Below are positions 1-8,503 of a stretch of DNA of 64,000 nucleotides, piece by piece (positions within the stretch are counted from its first letter, which is position 1; each line of letters opens with the position of its first letter). The stretch is from Candidatus Omnitrophota bacterium (GTDB lineage Bacteria > Omnitrophota > Gorgyraeia > B26-G9 > JBDRCZ01), in the NCBI GenBank assembly GCA_043821285.1, contig JBDRCZ010000109.1:4302-68301 (forward strand), in the 5' to 3' direction. The notes beneath the pieces are model-generated. The model worked only from the letters and a program-made list of their open reading frames with translations, made no database searches and was not told where the DNA came from. Position numbers and translations under genes: made by a program.

Positions 1-1
1 A

Positions 2-160
2 GCAGTGCTTGAGCAGATTTATATCCAAAAATTGAAACAGCCGCAGGCGGTTTTGGATTTTTACGAAAAATTTATCAGTGAACATAAAGATGAAGATTAT
101 GAACTAAGTAAAATTTTAAGAAAAAGGATAGAAAAAATAAAAGAGGTTACAAAGACATAG
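2..160 (+). CDS. 3' end of a gene entering from the left edge (helical, possibly TPR-like)
   Basis: Open frame AVLEQIYIQKLKQPQAVLDFYEKFISEH...EVTKT ending TAG at 158-160. Confidence 0.55.
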   Translation, partial: AVLEQIYIQKLKQPQAVLDFYEKFISEHKDEDYELSKILRKRIEKIKEVTKT

Positions 161-233
161 ATAATGGGATTGCAGAAATCAAATTTCTGCAGCAGGTCGT
201 ATTCTTAGACACGACCTGAGGAGGGATGAACAA

Positions 234-1541
234 ATGGAACAACAGAAATTTATGGATGTACTGGAAAAAGTTGATAAACTTGCAGATTTACATCAGGTGA
301 GCCAGGCAATTAATTCTACACGGGATCTGACAAAGTTACTAGAGATTAGTTTAAATGCGGCAATGCAGACGTTAGAGTCTGATGCTGGTTCGATATTTTT
401 GCTTGAACCGGGCGGACAGGAATTGGTGCTAAGAATTGCCCGCGGTAAAAACTATTATCCGAGTGCCGGAATGGTTAAGAAAATTGGTGAAGGGATTGCG
501 GGTATGGTTGCCTATTCTAAGACACCGGTACTGGTAAAAGACATTCGGAATGACCCGCATTTTCACAGTAATGGTTATCACCACTATGATACTAATTCTT
601 TTATTTGTGCACCACTAGTAACGACGAATAAATTAATTGGCGTAGTTAATATTACCGAAAAAAGAACCGGAGAGCATTTTGATACCGATGACCTGGAATT
701 TCTTTCCATTCTTGCCAGTCATGTAGCAATTGCCGTGGAAAAACTTCAGCTTTATGAAGAGATTAGACAATTTAATTTGACCCTGGAAGAAAAGGTAAAA
801 TTAGCGACCGAAGAGCTGAAGAAAAATATATCCGAAAAGATTGACCTGGAAAAACAGCTGGTAATATCCAAAAGGCTTGCCGCAATAAGTAAGATTGCGG
901 CAAGTATTGCCCATGAGTTAAATAATCCTTTGGATGGGGTTATAAGGTATATAAATCTTTCTTTAGATCATATTAATAAAGATGAGGTTTTACATGAATA
1001 TCTAAGCGAGGCAAAAGGGGGGTTATCAAGAATGGCCGAGATTTCCCGTTCCCTTTTGGATTTTTTCCGCCAGACAGTTAGTGTAAATATTTATGTAGAT
1101 ATTTATGAAGAAATAGATAAGGCACTTATTGATGCCCATCGTGCACAGCCGTTTAAAAAATTAGAGATTATAAAAAAATATCAAAAAGAAATGCCGCAAC
1201 TTATTGACCGGGGTATTCAAATAGCATTTTCAAACATCATAAAGAACGCATTAGAGGCAATGCCAAAAGGCGGAAAAATTAAAATCACAACATTTTTCTA
1301 CAAAGACGATCTCTATATAAGATTTAAAGATACTGGCTATGGGATACCCGATGCAATACAAGAGGGGATCTTTCAGCCATTTTTCACAACTAAAAAAATG
1401 GAAAGAGGTTCTGGACTGGGACTGGCAATATCAAATGAGATTGTGCAAAGATATAATGGCAAGATAACAGTGAGCAGTCATAATGGCGAGGGGACAATAT
1501 TTACCATTCAAATACCTAAGGGACAGAATGTGAAGGAGTAG
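234..1541 (+). CDS. GAF-domain sensor histidine kinase (cytoplasmic)
   Basis: GAF domain (GEGIAGMVA...SFICAPL), H-box AHELNNPL, N-box NIIKNALEA, DTGYGI, FFTTK, GSGLGL. Confidence 0.93.
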   Translation: MEQQKFMDVLEKVDKLADLHQVSQAINSTRDLTKLLEISLNAAMQTLESDAGSIFLLEPGGQELVLRIARGKNYYPSAGMVKKIGEGIAGMVAYSKTPVLVKDIRNDPHFHSNGYHHYDTNSFICAPLVTTNKLIGVVNITEKRTGEHFDTDDLEFLSILASHVAIAVEKLQLYEEIRQFNLTLEEKVKLATEELKKNISEKIDLEKQLVISKRLAAISKIAASIAHELNNPLDGVIRYINLSLDHINKDEVLHEYLSEAKGGLSRMAEISRSLLDFFRQTVSVNIYVDIYEEIDKALIDAHRAQPFKKLEIIKKYQKEMPQLIDRGIQIAFSNIIKNALEAMPKGGKIKITTFFYKDDLYIRFKDTGYGIPDAIQEGIFQPFFTTKKMERGSGLGLAISNEIVQRYNGKITVSSHNGEGTIFTIQIPKGQNVKE

Positions 1542-1550
1542 TTTTAATAT

Positions 1551-1643
1551 CTGCCTAACAAAATCGAAGACCCGCCGGTACTGTGGCGGGCTTGACGTCC
1601 GCCACAAAGTCGAAGATGCGCCAACGTATTAGTGGCGGACAGG
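1551..1643. repeat. Cluster of CCGCC...GGCGG palindromic (REP-like) repeats
   Basis: cccgccggtactgtggcggg and ccgccacaaagtcgaagatgcgcc...tggcgga; related copies at 4165, 4664, 5010, 46764, 57721. Confidence 0.7.
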
Positions 1644-1732
1644 GATTAAATTCGCAGACGGACATGGTCCTACAATTTACAAAGCTTTCACTTCGTAAAT
1701 TGTCTGCTTATTTAACGAATAATCTTATTAAA

Positions 1733-3106
1733 ATGCTTAAAAGTATATTGGTCGTTGATGATGAAAATTTAATTCGCAAGTCCCTTTATGAATTATTGCG
1801 CCGGGATGGTTATTCTGTGGATACGGCCACGAACGGAGAAGAGGCCTTAAAAAAGATTGATCATAACTTTGATGTAGTTATTTCTGATATTAAGATGCCG
1901 AAGATGGATGGTCTTGAATTGTTGAAAGAAATCAAGGCAGCGCATCTGCATACTGAGGTAGTTTTGATTACTGGATACGGAAATATTGAAGATGCCGTAG
2001 AGGCGATGCGTCAGGGGGCGTTTGATTATATTACCAAACCAATTGTGGATAATGAAATAAAGATAATTATTAATAAAATAATCAGCCGGCAAAAATTAAT
2101 TGAAGAAAATCAATATCTGCGTAAAAGGCTGGAGACTACTGAAAGGGATAAATTTCATGGAATTATCGGCCATAATATCAATATGCAGAAGATTTATGCT
2201 TTAATCGAAGCGATCGCCTCAACAAAAGCCAATGTATTAATTACCGGAGAAAGCGGTACGGGTAAAAGAGTGATTGCGCATGCTATTCATGCCTGTGATA
2301 CTATACGGCATAATAAACCATTTGTTGAAGTTAGCTGTGGAGCATTGCCGCCAACATTACTGGAGAGCGAATTATTTGGTCATGTCAAAGGGGCTTTTAC
2401 GGATGCGAGCAAGGACCGTATTGGCAGATTTGAGGCGGCAAATGGCGGGACGATACTTCTTGATGAAATAGACACATTTTCACCATATTTACAGGTAAAA
2501 TTACTGCGTATACTTCAACAGGGTGAATTTGAAAGAGTTGGGGATACAAGTACCGTAAAGATAGATGTACGAATAATTGCCGCGACCAATCGTGATCTTG
2601 AAACAGATATCAGCAATAACAAATTTCGCGAGGATTTATATTACCGTATTAATGTTATTAAAATTGATATCCCTCCGCTTCGGGAAAGGCTTGATGACCT
2701 GCCGCTTTTGGTAGACCATTTTATTAAAAGATACAGCGCAAAAATGAATAAAAAGATTAATAATATTTCCGAGGAAGCATTGAGCGCAATGAAATTATAT
2801 AATTGGCCGGGTAATATTCGGGAATTAGAGAATATAATTGAACGGGCGGTAATTTTGGCAAAAGAGGCGTCAATTACAATAAACGAAATGCCGCCGGTAA
2901 TTTCTCTGTCCGATAAAAAGAAGATGCCGTATAATCATCAGCAAAATACTCTTAAAAAGGCATTACAGGAGCCGGAAAAACAGTTAATTTTAGATATTCT
3001 TGAGAAGACCAATTGGAACCGTAAGAAGGCAGCAGCACTTCTTGGAATAAATCGAACGACCTTATACAACAAGATAAAAAAATATAAAATTAAAATAAAA
3101 CCATGA
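1733..3106 (+). CDS. NtrC/AtoC-family sigma54-dependent response regulator (REC-AAA+-HTH)
   Basis: ILVVDD receiver start, GESGTGK, ESELFGHVKGAFTDA, WPGNIRELEN, Fis-type HTH. ATG 1733 preferred because the ORF-track extension from 1583 runs through palindromic repeats. Confidence 0.93.
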   Translation: MLKSILVVDDENLIRKSLYELLRRDGYSVDTATNGEEALKKIDHNFDVVISDIKMPKMDGLELLKEIKAAHLHTEVVLITGYGNIEDAVEAMRQGAFDYITKPIVDNEIKIIINKIISRQKLIEENQYLRKRLETTERDKFHGIIGHNINMQKIYALIEAIASTKANVLITGESGTGKRVIAHAIHACDTIRHNKPFVEVSCGALPPTLLESELFGHVKGAFTDASKDRIGRFEAANGGTILLDEIDTFSPYLQVKLLRILQQGEFERVGDTSTVKIDVRIIAATNRDLETDISNNKFREDLYYRINVIKIDIPPLRERLDDLPLLVDHFIKRYSAKMNKKINNISEEALSAMKLYNWPGNIRELENIIERAVILAKEASITINEMPPVISLSDKKKMPYNHQQNTLKKALQEPEKQLILDILEKTNWNRKKAAALLGINRTTLYNKIKKYKIKIKP

Positions 3107-4140
3107 ATTTTTCTGAAATTATTGATAGTAAAAACTGGCAAAAATTACAGGACCATTTTGCCGAGGTCCTCCAGGTAACCATCAGAACCATTGATCCCGA
3201 TGGTGAACTTTTGACGGTCCCATCCCGACCGACAAATCTATGTCAGGAGGCCCTCGGCAATTTATTGAAGATGATACAAAAATGCAGCAGCTGTCTGCCG
3301 GATTTTAATAAAGGGGAGGCATATCTTACAAAAAATCCTACTTATAAATGTCTCTTTGAATTACATAATTTTGTTATACCAATTAAAACGGCCAGTGAGG
3401 AAGTGGTTGCTTTTTTGTTGGGGGGACCGGTGATCATTGACCGGCTGGAAGACTTAGAAAAATATAGAGCACTTTCGAAAGAGTGCAATATTCCTTATGA
3501 ATCAGTGCTCTCTTCGATAAAACAGTTAAAAACTTTTACTTACTGGAAAGTACATACGGTGATTGAACTGTTACGGGAGGTGAGCAGCTGTATCGTTCAG
3601 CTCGGATATCAAAAATATAGATTGAAGATGATAATTCCTGATTTATTTAAAAACGGAAAATTGGATAAAAAAAATTATGATAGTTTTTATCTGCAAGAGA
3701 TGCTGGAATTATTTATGGATATCGCTTCAAAGGCAACAAAGACGGAAAATGCCTCGGTAATGCTTTTGGATAAGGAGAACAAATTAACGATTAGGGCCGC
3801 GCGCGGGCTAAATTATGACATTGTAAAAAATACGAGTTTAAAATTAGGCGAGGCAATTGCCGGGCGGGTAGCTAAAGAAGGAAAATCCATCCTCATTACT
3901 GAGGAGACAACGGATTTGGATATAAAGAATAATCTTAGACATCCGGAATTACATCATGCCGTAGTTTCGCCAATATGCATTAATAATGAAGTAATGGGCG
4001 TTATCAATGTTTCAACTAAAGAACCGGCGAATAAGCTTGGTCCGGAGACAGTAAGTTTACTGGAGCAGCTTACTCTGCTTGCGAGTTGTGCGATTAAAAA
4101 TTTTAGAGAAGACACCTGCCTGCCCGGCAGGCAGGGATGA
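3103..4140 (+). CDS. PocR ligand-binding domain + GAF domain protein
   Basis: N-terminal WQKLQDHFA...C...C...C..ELHNFVIPI PocR-like pattern; C-terminal GAF (GEAIAGRVA). Confidence 0.75.
   Translation: MNFSEIIDSKNWQKLQDHFAEVLQVTIRTIDPDGELLTVPSRPTNLCQEALGNLLKMIQKCSSCLPDFNKGEAYLTKNPTYKCLFELHNFVIPIKTASEEVVAFLLGGPVIIDRLEDLEKYRALSKECNIPYESVLSSIKQLKTFTYWKVHTVIELLREVSSCIVQLGYQKYRLKMIIPDLFKNGKLDKKNYDSFYLQEMLELFMDIASKATKTENASVMLLDKENKLTIRAARGLNYDIVKNTSLKLGEAIAGRVAKEGKSILITEETTDLDIKNNLRHPELHHAVVSPICINNEVMGVINVSTKEPANKLGPETVSLLEQLTLLASCAIKNFREDTCLPGRQG
4114..4134. repeat. CCTGCCTGCC(C)GGCAGGCAGG palindrome
   Basis: Near-perfect hairpin forming the last codons (CLPGRQG) of the PocR-GAF gene. Confidence 0.7.
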
Positions 4141-4476
4141 TCACCGATGAGAAGAAACACCTGCCCGCCATCGTTGTTTGGATGGTCTTTGACTTTGTGG
4201 CGGGGATGAGCACAGATTAAAAAAATCGAGCTTTTATTTGTTATTATTTTTTAGCCACGGATGAAACACGGATTTTTAATAATCAAACCCTTTAACCTCA
4301 TTTTTTGACAGAATAAATCCCATAAGAAAATATCAACCGACCCTGTTTAAAAATAATGCATATAATCGTAATTGGCACAAAACTTTTTATTGTTAATACT
4401 ATTTCTTTAACTTTATAACGGGACACGCAGGATTTACAAGATTTTTCTCCTGTTAATCCTGTCCATATTCTTTTTT

Positions 4477-4645
4477 AATCACTAATTGCACTAATTATCA
4501 CGAATGGTCAGGTAACAATTCTCTCATATAAAAGTTTTAAGCAGCTGCCAAATATACTTGAACACATATCCCCTATTATCTTATAATTCTTGTCTTTGAA
4601 CAATAATTCCTTTTTCATTCGTGAAAATCGGTGTTATTCGTGGTT
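4477..4645 (-). mobile_element. Inverted-repeat element carrying an internally deleted GxxExxY gene (ORF 4618-4508)
   Basis: Minus-strand ORF MKKELLFKDKNYKIIG...FGSCLKLLYERIVT joins GxxExxY-like N- and C-termini; flanked by aaccacgaataacaccgattttcacgaat / attcgtgataattagtgcaattagtgatt. Confidence 0.7.
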
Positions 4646-4868
4646 TAAATATTTTTTTAAATGACCCGCCATGTCCACCACAAAACATTGGCGGATCTTC
4701 GATATTTTGGCGGGGAATTTAACCCGCCGACGCTTTGTGGCGGGTATTCCCTCAATCTGTGTTAATCCGTGGTTTTATCTTGAAAAATCTGGGTTCAAAT
4801 CTGATGCAACCGGCAAGATACCTATGCGTTAGCCACATAGATAGACAGTTATCAGGAATTTTTTTATT

Positions 4869-4897
4869 TTGACAATGCACGCAATTTTTGTTATATT
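4869..4897 (+). promoter_or_regulatory. Sigma70-type promoter for the glycan cluster
   Basis: TTGACA-17 nt-TATATT with extended TG. Confidence 0.6.
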
Positions 4898-5212
4898 ATA
4901 GATACACACCAAAATTCTAACTCCTTACATATTAAACTCATCTATTTCCTACGGTTTTGCCGCAGGGGGACATTTGGAGGGAAGGAATGATATTAATATC
5001 TGTATAGTAAATCGAAGACCCGCTGTATTGTGGCGGACGGGGATTAAATAACCTGCCAAAATTTATGGCGGGCCATTTAAAGTGTAAAACAAAAGTTTTT
5101 AAATGGATAAAAATTTCTGGTATTGCGAAACAACATCAACTTGGACTAATACCATATAGTCTTACTACAGTGATAGTCAAACTGAAGGAAATTTTTATTA
5201 GTAAAGACAAAA

Positions 5213-6355
5213 TTGAACAAGATAAAAGTATTTTATATCATAACGAAATTAGAACTTGGCGGGGCACAGCTTTACACCTTAGATTTAATTAAAACACTGG
5301 ATCGAGATAAATTTCAGCCGGTACTGCTAAGTTCTGACCATGGATTTTTAGTTGAAGAAGTAAAAAGGCAAGCTTTCTGCAAAACCTACTTTTTACCTGC
5401 CTTAAAAAGAGAGATTAATCCCCTATTAGATTTGCTTGCTTTTGTAAAGATAATTAAGTGTATACGAGATGAAAAACCGGATATTGTACATACCCATAGC
5501 TCAAAAGCCGGCATATTAGGCCGCTGGGCAGCAAAAATAGATGGGGTTAAGAAAATTATCCATACTATTCATGGGTTCCCTTTTTATGAGTATCAGAATA
5601 AGATTATTAAATATTTTTATATCTTTCTTGAAAAAATAACCGCGAAAATAACTACACAACTTATTACCGTTTCAAAAAGCGATATCCAAAAGGGACTAAA
5701 ATATAAAATTGGGACGTTAGAAAAATATGTGACAATACAGTGTATAATGCCAACGGAGCGGTTTAAAATAAGCCAAGATGAAATAGATAAAGTAAAAGCA
5801 GATTTCCGCTTAAAAAACGGGGTAAAAATTGTTGGCATGGTTGCTTGTTTTAAGCCGCAAAAGGCGCCGCTTGATTTTATTGAAATGTGCTGTTCTGTAT
5901 TAAAAAGGCTGCCAGATACCAAATTTATTTTAGTCGGCGACGGGATCTTACGAAAAAAGATTGAGCAGAGGATAAGACAATATAATTTAGAAGGTAAGAT
6001 TATACTTACCGGCTGGCGGAGAGATGTTCCAGAGATTTTATCGGTTATGGATGTATTTGTGCTTACGAGTAAATGGGAGGGGTTACCGGTTGCAATAATG
6101 GAAGCGATGTATATGGGTGTGCCGGTAGTCGCAAATTGCGTTGATGGGGTTCAGGAACTAGTACAGGATAAAGTTACCGGATATCTTGTTTCACCTGGGG
6201 ATATCGAAGGAATGGCAAATCGGGTAGTTGAGCTGCTGGCTAATGACAAGAAACGGATAACTTTGGCAGAGCAGGCAAGACATGCGGTTGATAACAAATA
6301 TAATATTACAACAATGGTAAATGATACCCAGCAGGTTTATGAATCATTGATTTAA
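5213..6355 (+). CDS. GT4 glycosyltransferase (CapM-like)
   Basis: ITKLELGGAQ, HTHSSKAG, SKWEGLPVAIMEAM; start is TTG and approximate. Confidence 0.9.
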   Translation: MNKIKVFYIITKLELGGAQLYTLDLIKTLDRDKFQPVLLSSDHGFLVEEVKRQAFCKTYFLPALKREINPLLDLLAFVKIIKCIRDEKPDIVHTHSSKAGILGRWAAKIDGVKKIIHTIHGFPFYEYQNKIIKYFYIFLEKITAKITTQLITVSKSDIQKGLKYKIGTLEKYVTIQCIMPTERFKISQDEIDKVKADFRLKNGVKIVGMVACFKPQKAPLDFIEMCCSVLKRLPDTKFILVGDGILRKKIEQRIRQYNLEGKIILTGWRRDVPEILSVMDVFVLTSKWEGLPVAIMEAMYMGVPVVANCVDGVQELVQDKVTGYLVSPGDIEGMANRVVELLANDKKRITLAEQARHAVDNKYNITTMVNDTQQVYESLI

Positions 6356-6495
6356 AGTACAAAATTGACAAAACCTGATTTTTTCATTGCAGAATATATA
6401 GCTGTTCAATAGTTGCTGTTTTGGTATCAAAATAAAATCTGTTATAGATAGAGAGTTGAAAAATACAAAGTATTTTTCGATTTGGATAATTAAAG

Positions 6496-7503
6496 ATGCA
6501 ACAATACATATTTTATACAGTTTTAGTTTCGATGATGCTGGCAATTATGCTTATGCCAATTTTTAAAAAATTTGCCTACAAGAAAAATCTGCTTAGCCGT
6601 ACAAACGCGATGGACAGGCGTAAGGTGCCTTATATTGGGGGTATTGTTTTTTACATTGTTTTTTGCATGGTTCTTATGATTATGCTTAATGTATCAAAGA
6701 TGCCTTTTGTGATTAAAAAATTGCAGGGGATAATTATTTCTTCAGCAATAATTGTTATTTTAGGACTATATGATGACTGGCGGGAGCTTAAGATGTTACC
6801 TAAATTTTTCGGCCAGCTTATTGCAGCAATGAGTCTGGCAATATTTGGCATCCGTACACATATAATCTTAATTGGGGATTTAGTAAATTATATTATAACG
6901 ATTATTTGGATTGTCGGGATTGTAAATGCGTTTAACTTTTTAGATATCAGAGATGGCTTATGTGCGGGTATTGCTCTAATTGCCACTACTTCATTTTTTA
7001 TAATTGCCCTTATCACTAAAAACAATTATATTGCCATGCAGTGCGCGGTATTAGCCGGAATTTTAATCGTATTTTTGAAATACAATTGTCCGCCGGCAAA
7101 GTTATTTATGGGGGATACCGGCAGCATGTTTTTAGGCTTTATCTTGGCCGCGATTGCCTTAGAAATAAGCTATGCCCCGGAAGGCCACAGCCTGCGTCTT
7201 TTATCTCCGATTATGGTAATGACGGTGCCTATTTTTGATATTATTTTTGTGACATTTATGCGGTTGAAAAATAAAAGGTCTGTTTTTAAAAAGAGTAACG
7301 ATCATTTTATTTTTTTACTGGAGGGGACAAAATTCAGCCGGCAGAATAGTATTATTTTTATGTTTAAATTAGGAATACTTGCTGCACTTGCGGCAATCAT
7401 TATAAATCTGACAGTAAATATTACCGGCAGTATCGTTTTTGTCATACTTTTAGTAACATTTATTGTCTCCGGAGCCAAAATTAGTTACTTAAAAAATGTT
7501 TAA
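6496..7503 (+). CDS. WecA/TagO-like undecaprenyl-phosphate GlcNAc-1-phosphate transferase (MraY family)
   Basis: PYIGG, GLYDD, NAFNFLDIRDGL, FMGDTGSMFLG motifs; multiple TM helices. Confidence 0.9.
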   Translation: MQQYIFYTVLVSMMLAIMLMPIFKKFAYKKNLLSRTNAMDRRKVPYIGGIVFYIVFCMVLMIMLNVSKMPFVIKKLQGIIISSAIIVILGLYDDWRELKMLPKFFGQLIAAMSLAIFGIRTHIILIGDLVNYIITIIWIVGIVNAFNFLDIRDGLCAGIALIATTSFFIIALITKNNYIAMQCAVLAGILIVFLKYNCPPAKLFMGDTGSMFLGFILAAIALEISYAPEGHSLRLLSPIMVMTVPIFDIIFVTFMRLKNKRSVFKKSNDHFIFLLEGTKFSRQNSIIFMFKLGILAALAAIIINLTVNITGSIVFVILLVTFIVSGAKISYLKNV

Positions 7504-8326
7504 TATTGCAGATTTTATAAGAAAGATTCCCCCCAATTGGGAATTACTAATAAATTTAGCTTTAAAAAATATAAAGGTGCAGTATCGGCAGCCTTGGCTT
7601 GGGTTTTTGTGGGCATTTTTTGTGCCTTTGTTTATGATAATTATATTTAAGTTTATATTTTCAGTGATTCTGCGTATTCAAATAGCCGAGTATCCATTTT
7701 TCATTTATCTGATGACCGCAGTATTTCCCTGGAAATATTTTCAGGACTCCGTGGTGAGCGGAACCAACAGCATATTGAATAATAAAAACCTGGTAAAAGA
7801 GGCGGCATTCCCCCGTGAGCTTTTACCCATATCTGTAGTTATTGCCAATCTTATTAATTTTATCCCCAGTTTAGTAATAATGTTTTTATTTTTGCATATT
7901 TTTCGACTGGGTATCTCTGGCTGGTTTTTGTTACTGCCGGTTATTGTGTTATTGCATACATTTTTCATCATTGGGTTTGTGTTACTGACTTCTTGTCTTC
8001 AGGTAAAATTCCGCGATTTAAACTATATTGTGGAAGTATTAGTTTTTGCACTTTTTTATTTAACGCCGGTTTTTTATCCGCTAAATTTAGTCGAGCAGTA
8101 CCTAAATCCGGGGCTTTTTAAATTATATATAGCCAATCCGTTAGTCGGGATGCTTAATCTTTACCGGATAGCTTTTCTTCCGGGTTTTTACCGGACATTA
8201 CCAGAGCAAGTACAGATTTTTGATATTATCGTAATTCCTTTGATATGGACAGGCTTTATCTTTGCCACAGGGATTTTTGTTTTTAGAAAGCAAAAATATA
8301 CATTTAATGATTATATAGCTATTTAA
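7496..8326 (+). CDS. wzm: Polysaccharide ABC transporter permease Wzm
   Basis: KVQYRQPWLGFLW, FPRELLP, FRDLNY, FYLTPVFYP, NPL motifs. Confidence 0.9.
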   Translation: MFNIADFIRKIPPNWELLINLALKNIKVQYRQPWLGFLWAFFVPLFMIIIFKFIFSVILRIQIAEYPFFIYLMTAVFPWKYFQDSVVSGTNSILNNKNLVKEAAFPRELLPISVVIANLINFIPSLVIMFLFLHIFRLGISGWFLLLPVIVLLHTFFIIGFVLLTSCLQVKFRDLNYIVEVLVFALFYLTPVFYPLNLVEQYLNPGLFKLYIANPLVGMLNLYRIAFLPGFYRTLPEQVQIFDIIVIPLIWTGFIFATGIFVFRKQKYTFNDYIAI

Positions 8327-8366
8327 TTATTACTGAAAATACCAGCAATAATTTAAAAAACGAAAT

Positions 8367-8479
8367 GCAACCACAGATTAAATCACCACAGATTTATAGA
8401 GATGAATTAAAAGAATAAAATCATTTTAATCTGAGTAATCTGTGGTTGCTTAAAAAAATACGAAAGTTTTGACAGTATC
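8367..8479. mobile_element. Deletion derivative of the TSD-forming miniature element (right hairpin + right terminus)
   Basis: gcaaccacagatta...taatctgtggttgc hairpin near-identical to 53691-53772, followed by tacgaaagttttgacagtatc right end. Confidence 0.7.
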
Positions 8480-8503
8480 ATTAATGTCGAAGGAAATACT
8501 TTA

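Noticed and set aside
4373-4388. Sigma54 promoter candidate TGGCAC-N5
   Set aside because: The -12 element reads TTTT rather than TTGC.
4110-5075. Possible CRISPR array among the repeats
   Set aside because: Repeats are inverted, degenerate and irregularly spaced, with no constant repeat-spacer period and no cas genes.
5065-5292. 75-aa ORF ahead of the first GT4
   Set aside because: Starts within a palindromic repeat, overlaps the GT4 out of frame and has no motif.
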